NCBI GenBank assembly: GCA_951406725.2
Contig: OX597818.1
Span: forward strand, 141,794,001 to 141,858,000
Source: Octopus vulgaris
Lineage: Eukaryota
Length of the DNA stretch: 64,000 bases
Direction: 5' to 3'
The translations under genes and the position numbers were made by a program. Each line of letters begins with the position of its first letter. The stretch's first letter is position 1. Shown in pieces: positions 58,151-64,000 of this stretch. The notes beneath the pieces were generated by a model that ran no database searches, was not told where the DNA came from, and was given only the letters and a program-made list of their open reading frames with translations.

Positions 58151-58867
58151 CTTGCTGGGGATCTCTTGTTATTGAGTTGCACGGACGTAGCCTTCGAAGT
58201 GGGATGTCATAAACTTATCGGTACTCTTTGCCAAGCTTTTGACATGATCAACCCTTTTAACGGTTTGAATTTTACGTTCCAAGTATTCATGTATTCAAGT
58301 ATTCAGTCTATTTATTTTATTTTGCTGTTCTGATGAATAGATTTTACCTAAGTTCTTTAGGGAGACCTCTGTATCAGCACTTCTTTCATACCTCTCCTCA
58401 AGTTCATAAACTATCCTAATTATGTTCTTGATTTTATGGTCACAAAGTCGCATGAGCAGCTGGCGAGTTCGAACGTCTATCCCACTGAGCTCTTGTAGTC
58501 ACCAGTTCAGAAGGCCAAACGAGGGCATTAGGACAGACACTGCAAAGGTGTTGGGGGCAATATGCTAATTGTAAGCTGAAAGTTCTGATGACTATATTCC
58601 CTTTACTCTCCTGAGGTATTCATTCCAAGCCCTCTCCTTATTTCTGGGTCCATCACATCTGTCATTTTCATTTTGTCCAAGATACCTATATTTGTCACCT
58701 GACTGTAGCGATTGTATTAGCAAACCGTTCATCTTTAGGGTTTCAGAAGAGGGTATAGTTTTTCTACGTTTTATTGTCAGAAACGCACATTTGGACTCAC
58801 AAAATTTCATCCCAATGTCTGTAGAAAATTGGGTAATGAGGTCCAATCGCTTTTTTTATATGGTCGA

Positions 58868-59260
58868 CTAGCAGAATCGCCCGGCGTTGCTCGGGTTTGT
58901 AAGGGAAATAACTATAAAGCATTTTTAGAGAGTTATAGCAAAAAAATAGCAAAAAAATGCATTAAAAATGGAAAAAATATGATGGTAATTTTTTTTTTAA
59001 GTCGTTGACTCATCGTAGACATTTTTAGAGAGTTACTTCCCTTATATTAAAAAAATGCATTAAAATGGAAAAAAAATGATGGTAAATTACTTTTAAAATC
59101 GTAGACTCATCGTAGACGCGCGCTAATACCCAGAAGGGCTCGATATGAATCACGACTATAAGATACCCGGTTTTGGTTAAAATGCACTGCAAAATGTGGG
59201 AGTAGTTAGGAATCTAAATCGTAGGAGACAGACACACAACTTCACTTTTATATATAAAGA
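58868..59260 (-). mobile_element. Complete non-autonomous Helitron
   Basis: Minus strand A|TC...CCCGAGCAACGCCGGG hairpin...CTAG|T with no TSD; homologous to 1-490. Confidence 0.88.
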
Positions 59261-59601
59261 TATTTCGCTCACACAGTTTCAAGTCGTCAATAAGGAAAAA
59301 TTGGGAGATACTTCTGGATCCATTTCTATGGTCACTACGTTTTCTAATGAGGTGTGATAGTGAGTTTAATGAGAAGACGAATAGTAGCACTGACAGACTA
59401 TCACTCTGAAAGATATCTTTTTGATAGTGAATGCTATCCAACAAAATTTTCTCCTTATCATTGCTAAGGAGCATAGTGGTGTACCAAGCATTGGATAGGC
59501 GTTTGGTAGCACTCACAAATAGATGTGGGACTTTGGCTAACTGTAAAACCTTCATAATCCATCTATGTCTGTATGTATGTATGCATGTATGTATGTATGT
59601 A

Positions 59602-62412
59602 TGATCTCTGTCGGTACTCCTCTTTGATCTCTGACGGCATTCCTCTTTGATATCTGTCGGTACTCATCTTTGATCTCTGTCGGCATTCTTCTTTGATCTC
59701 TGTCGGTACTCCTCCTTGATCTCTGTCGGTACTCCACTTTGAACTCTGTCGGCATTCCTCTTTGATCTCGGAGAGCATTCCTCTTTGATCTCGGAGAGCA
59801 TTCCTCTTTGATCTCTGTAGGTACACCTCTTTGATCACTGTCGATACTCCTCTTTGATCTCTGACGACATTCCTCTTTGATATCTGTCGGTACTCCTCTT
59901 TGATCTCTGTCGGCATTCCTCTTTGATCTCTGTCGGTACTTCTCTTTGATCTCTGACGGCATTCCTCTTTGATCTATGTCGGTAATTCCCTTTGATCTCT
60001 GACGGTATTCCTCTTTGATCACTGCCGGTACTCTTCTTTGATCTCCTCTTTGATCTCTGTCGGTACTCCTCTTTGATCTCTGCCGGCATTCCTCTTTGAT
60101 CTCTGTCGGCATTCTCTTTCATCCCTGGCGGTATTCCTCTTTGATCTCTGTCGGCATTCCCCTTTGATCTCTGTCGGCATTCCTGTTTGATCTCAGTCAG
60201 TACTCCTCTTTGATCTCTGTCGGTATTCCTCTTAGATCCCTTTCGGTACTCCCCTTTGATCTCTGTCGGCATTCTTCTTTGATCTCAGTCGGTACCACTC
60301 TTTGATCTCTGACGGCATTCCTCTTTGATCTCTGTCGGTACTCCTCTTTGATCTCTGACGGTACTCCCCTTTGATCTCTGTCGGCATTCCTCTTTGATCT
60401 CTGTCGGTACTCCTCCTTGATCCCTTTCGGTACTCCCCTTTGATCTCTGTCGTCATTCCTCTTTGATCTCAGTCGGTACCCCTCTTTGATCTCTGACGGC
60501 ATTCATCTTTGATCTCTGTCGGTAATCCTCTTTGATCTATGACGGTATTCCTCTTTCATCTCTGACGGTAATCCTCTTTGATCTCTGTCGGTACACCTCT
60601 TTGATCTCTGTCGGTACTCCCCTTTGATCTCTGACGACATTCCTCTTTGATCTCTGTCGGCATTCCTCTTTGATCTCTGTCGGTACTCATCTTTGATCTC
60701 TGTTGGTATTCCTCTTTGATCTCTGTCGGCACTCCTTTTTAATCTCGGTCGGTACTCCTCTTTGATCTCTGTCGGTATTCCTCTTTGATCTCTGACGGTA
60801 CTCCCCTTTGATCTCTGTCGGCATTCCTCTTTGATCTCTGTCGGTACTCATCTTTGATCTCTGTTGGTATTCCTCTTTGATCTCTGACGGCATTCCTCTT
60901 TGATCTATGTCGGTACTCCTCTTTGATCTCTGTCGGTACTCCTCTTTGATCTCTGTCGGTACTCCTCTTTGACGTCTGTCGGTACTCCTCTTTGATCTCT
61001 GTCGGTATTCCTCTTTGATCTCTGTCGGTACTCCTCTTTGATCTCTGTCGGTACTCCTCTTTGATCTCTGTCGGTATTCCTCTTTGATCTCTGTCGGTAC
61101 TCCCCTTTGATCTCTGTCGGCATTCCTCTTTGATCCCTTTCGGTACTCCCCTCTCAGTCGGTGCTCTTTGATCTCTGACGGCATTCCTCTTTGATCTCTG
61201 TCGATACTCACCTTTGATCTCTGTCGGCATTCCTCTTTGATCCCTTTCGGTACTCCCCTTTGATCTCTGTCGGCATTCCTCTTTGATCTCAGTCGGTACC
61301 CCTCTTTGATCTCTGACGACATTCCTCTTTGATCTCTGTCGGCATTCCTCTTTGATCTCTGTCGGTACTCCTCTTTGATCTCTGTCGGTACTCACCTTTG
61401 ATCTCTGTCGGCATTCCTCTTTGATCTCAGTCGGTACTCTTTGATCTCTGACGGCATTCCTCTTTGATCTCTGTCGGTACTCCCCTTTGATCTCTGTCGG
61501 CATTCCTCTTTGATCCCTTTCGGTACTCCCCTTTGATCTCTGTCGGCATTCCTCTTTGATCTCTGTCGGTACTCCTCTTTGATCTCTGTCGGTACTCCAC
61601 TTTGATCTCTGTCGGTACTCCTCTTTGATCTCTGACGGTATTCCTCTTTGATCTCTGTCGGTACTCTTCTTTGATCTCTGTCGGTTCTCCTCTTTGATCT
61701 TTGTCGGTATTCCTCTTTGATCTCAGTCGGTACTGATCCGTGATCCCTTTCGGTACTCACTTTTGATCTCTGTCGGCATTCCTCTTTGATCTCAGTCGGT
61801 ACCCCTCTTTGATCTCTGACGGCATTCCTCTTTGATCTCTGTCGGTACTCGTCTTTGATCTCTGATTGTATTCCTCTTTCATCTCTGTCGGTACTCCTCT
61901 TTGATCTCTGTCGGTACACCTCTTTGATCTCTATCGGCATTCCTCTTTGATCTATGTCGGTAATTCCCTTTGATCTCTGACGGCATTCCTCTTTGATCAC
62001 TGCTGGTATTATTCTTTGATCTCTGACGGCACTCCTCTTTGATCTCTGTCGGTAATTCCCTTTGATCTCTGACGACATTCCTCTTTGATCTCTGTCGGCA
62101 TTCCTCTTTGATCTCTGTCGCTACTCCTCTTTGATCTCTGTCAGTACTCCCCTTTGATCTCTGTCGGCATTCCTCTTTGATCTCTGACGGCATTCCTTTT
62201 CGATCTCTTTCGGTACTCCTATTTGATCTCTGCATTCTCTTTGATCTATGTCAGTCTTCCCCTTTGATCTCTGTCGGCATTCCTCTTTGATCTCAGTCGG
62301 TACTCCCCTTTGATCTCTGTCGGTACTCCTCTTTGATCTCTGTCGGTACTCCTCTTTGATCTCTGTCGGTATTCCTCTTTGATCTCTGTCGGTACTCACC
62401 TTTGATCTCTCG
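59602..62412. repeat. 23-bp tandem satellite, about 120 units, consensus CCTCTTTGATCTCTGTCGG(TACT/CATT)
   Basis: Read directly; the 23-aa periodicity of the minus-strand ORFs equals three units. Confidence 0.95.
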
Positions 62413-64000
62413 TGATCTTTCTGGAAGGTGGCCTTGGCACACATCTCAAGCCCAAACTCCATCCCGATGTCATCGCTGAATGCTTTCACAGTGCGCAATA
62501 GGCCTTCAAGTTCATTATTGTCTTTACCATAGAGTTTTAAGTCATCCATATAAAATAGATGGCTTATTTTTTATTGGCAATTTTATACCCATACCCTGTT
62601 CTGTTTAATTCATTTGTAAGGGGTATTAGGGCTATGCAGAATATTAAAGGTGAAAGTGAGTCACCTTGAAAAATTCCACAGTTGATGTTTATATTTTCTG
62701 AGGCAAGTACTCCATTAGAGTGGTATAATTGGAGATTCGTATTCCATATTGTACTTCAGGAAGTTTGAAATCACAGGGGAAATTTTGAAGATATCCAGCG
62801 ATCTCAAGATCCATGGATGCGGTATACTATCGAAGGCCTTCTTATAGTCAATCCATGCGGAGCTGAGATTTCTGCGCTTATTGTGACAGTTCTCAAGGAT
62901 CATACGATTAATTAGCAGTTGATCTTTGCATCCGTAAGAGCCTCGGCGGCACCCTTTTTGTTCAATGGGGAAAATATCGTTCTTCTCCATGAATGCATAT
63001 GTTTTCTCCGCCAGGATAGATGTTAGGATTTTATACGTGGGGGATAGACAGGTTATAGGCCGATAGTTTTTTGGAAGGTTGGTTTCGTTATTCTTTGGGA
63101 GTAGGTATGTAATACCACTTGCTAACCATTCAGGTGTTTTCTTTGGATCTCTCATAATTCCATTGAGCAGCTGAACTAGCTTACCGTGTGCGCATGGGAG
63201 CGATGCGAGCCAGAAATTCGGCACCCTATCTTTACCGGGGGATTTCCAATTATGGGCCTTCGTGATTGCCTTTCTTAGGTCTGCTATTGTGATGTCTTCC
63301 CATGCTTGTTGTTGTAAATTTTGGTAGGATCCTTCAGTTTGTATAATCCAGTCTGCATTTATGTTGTACGTCTTCTTGTCACTCCAAATCCTTTTTCAAA
63401 AGTTTTGAACTTCTTCCATGGGAGGGGGGTCTTTAACGGTTACTTTCTCCTTCCCTATTTCTCTGTAGAATTTTTTGGCATTGGATGTGAACAGCATATT
63501 TTGCTTGTAAAACTTGTTTCTCTTCTCAAATCTTCGTATTCTTTGGCTTTTGCTCGGATTTTTTGTTTCAGCGTTTCTTTTATTGATATCAGTTCTTCTC
63601 TTGGTGAGGATCCAAATTTTCTCTTCATCTTTCTTCCTGTTCTGGATCTTATATCATTTCCACATATTAGTTCATTTAATATTGATATTTCCCCTCTCAT
63701 AAATTCAATTTCTTTTTCAATTTTACTTCTCCAGGTTTGATTTCTTCCCAGGTTTGGTTTTCTTTGTTTTTTCAGGGGCATACAGCTGGTTTCAATTGCC
63801 CTAGCAGAAGCGTAAATAATTTCATTTAACTCAGTAAAATCAGGTTTTAATTCTTGTATTATTTCACTTGTTACATAGTTGCCAATTTGGATTAGTTTTT
63901 TATTTTGGTTTGTATTTGAGAGTTTATGAAGTGGTTCTCTATCATTCATACTTGTATGTCTTACAACTTCAAGCGTATTCAGGATTTTCTGCCTCATGCT
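62413..64000 (-). mobile_element. Relatively young R4/Dong-like LINE RT region, continuing beyond the window
   Basis: NWKSPGKD, NYRPITCL, EQKGCRRGSYGCKDQL, AWIDYKKAFDSIPH, GIFQGDSLSPL and YMDDLKLY; few frameshifts. Confidence 0.93.

Larger units (their letters stand above)
57330..59555 (-). mobile_element. Old R4/Dong-like LINE (RT, CCHC, RLE) with nested CR1 and Helitron insertions
   Basis: IFQSDSLSVLLF, IDDLKL, DIGMKF, YRYLG, CRLCKTKTEDTNHIIASC and RSDIYVW..EISCP. Confidence 0.85.

Noticed and set aside
59552-62412. 23-bp array as a CRISPR array or a repeat-protein gene
   Set aside because: Units are contiguous with no unique spacers, there are no cas genes, the context is eukaryotic, and the ORFs arise trivially in all three frames.
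57330-64000. A single LINE interrupted by the satellite
   Set aside because: Both sides contain the same RT motifs (IFQ.DSLS, DDLKL), so they are two separate copies of different age.

Overview
AT-rich, repeat-saturated eukaryotic DNA, most likely intronic or intergenic sequence of an octopus or other coleoid cephalopod (inferred from the SINE repertoire and (TA)n/(TACA)n density, not from a database match). I can support no intact host gene; nearly all ORFs in the track are microsatellite artefacts or decayed transposon frames. The window holds more than 20 tRNA-derived SINE copies in four families, CR1-type, R4/Dong-type (RLE) and RTE LINE remnants, two Penelope-like elements (RT/GIY-YIG), mariner, maT, Tigger/pogo and hAT remnants, Helitron pieces and a 2.8-kb 23-bp satellite. 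The most notable signal is a set of type I hammerhead-ribozyme motifs with palindromic stem III in short elements resembling Penelope pseudo-LTRs, several arranged as fold-backs. Two copies have a fully canonical C3-G8 core with a long stem II. Three unrelated elements show compensatory U3-A8 or G3-C8 swaps of the core pair. Most boundaries were read by eye and are approximate to about 10-20 bp.
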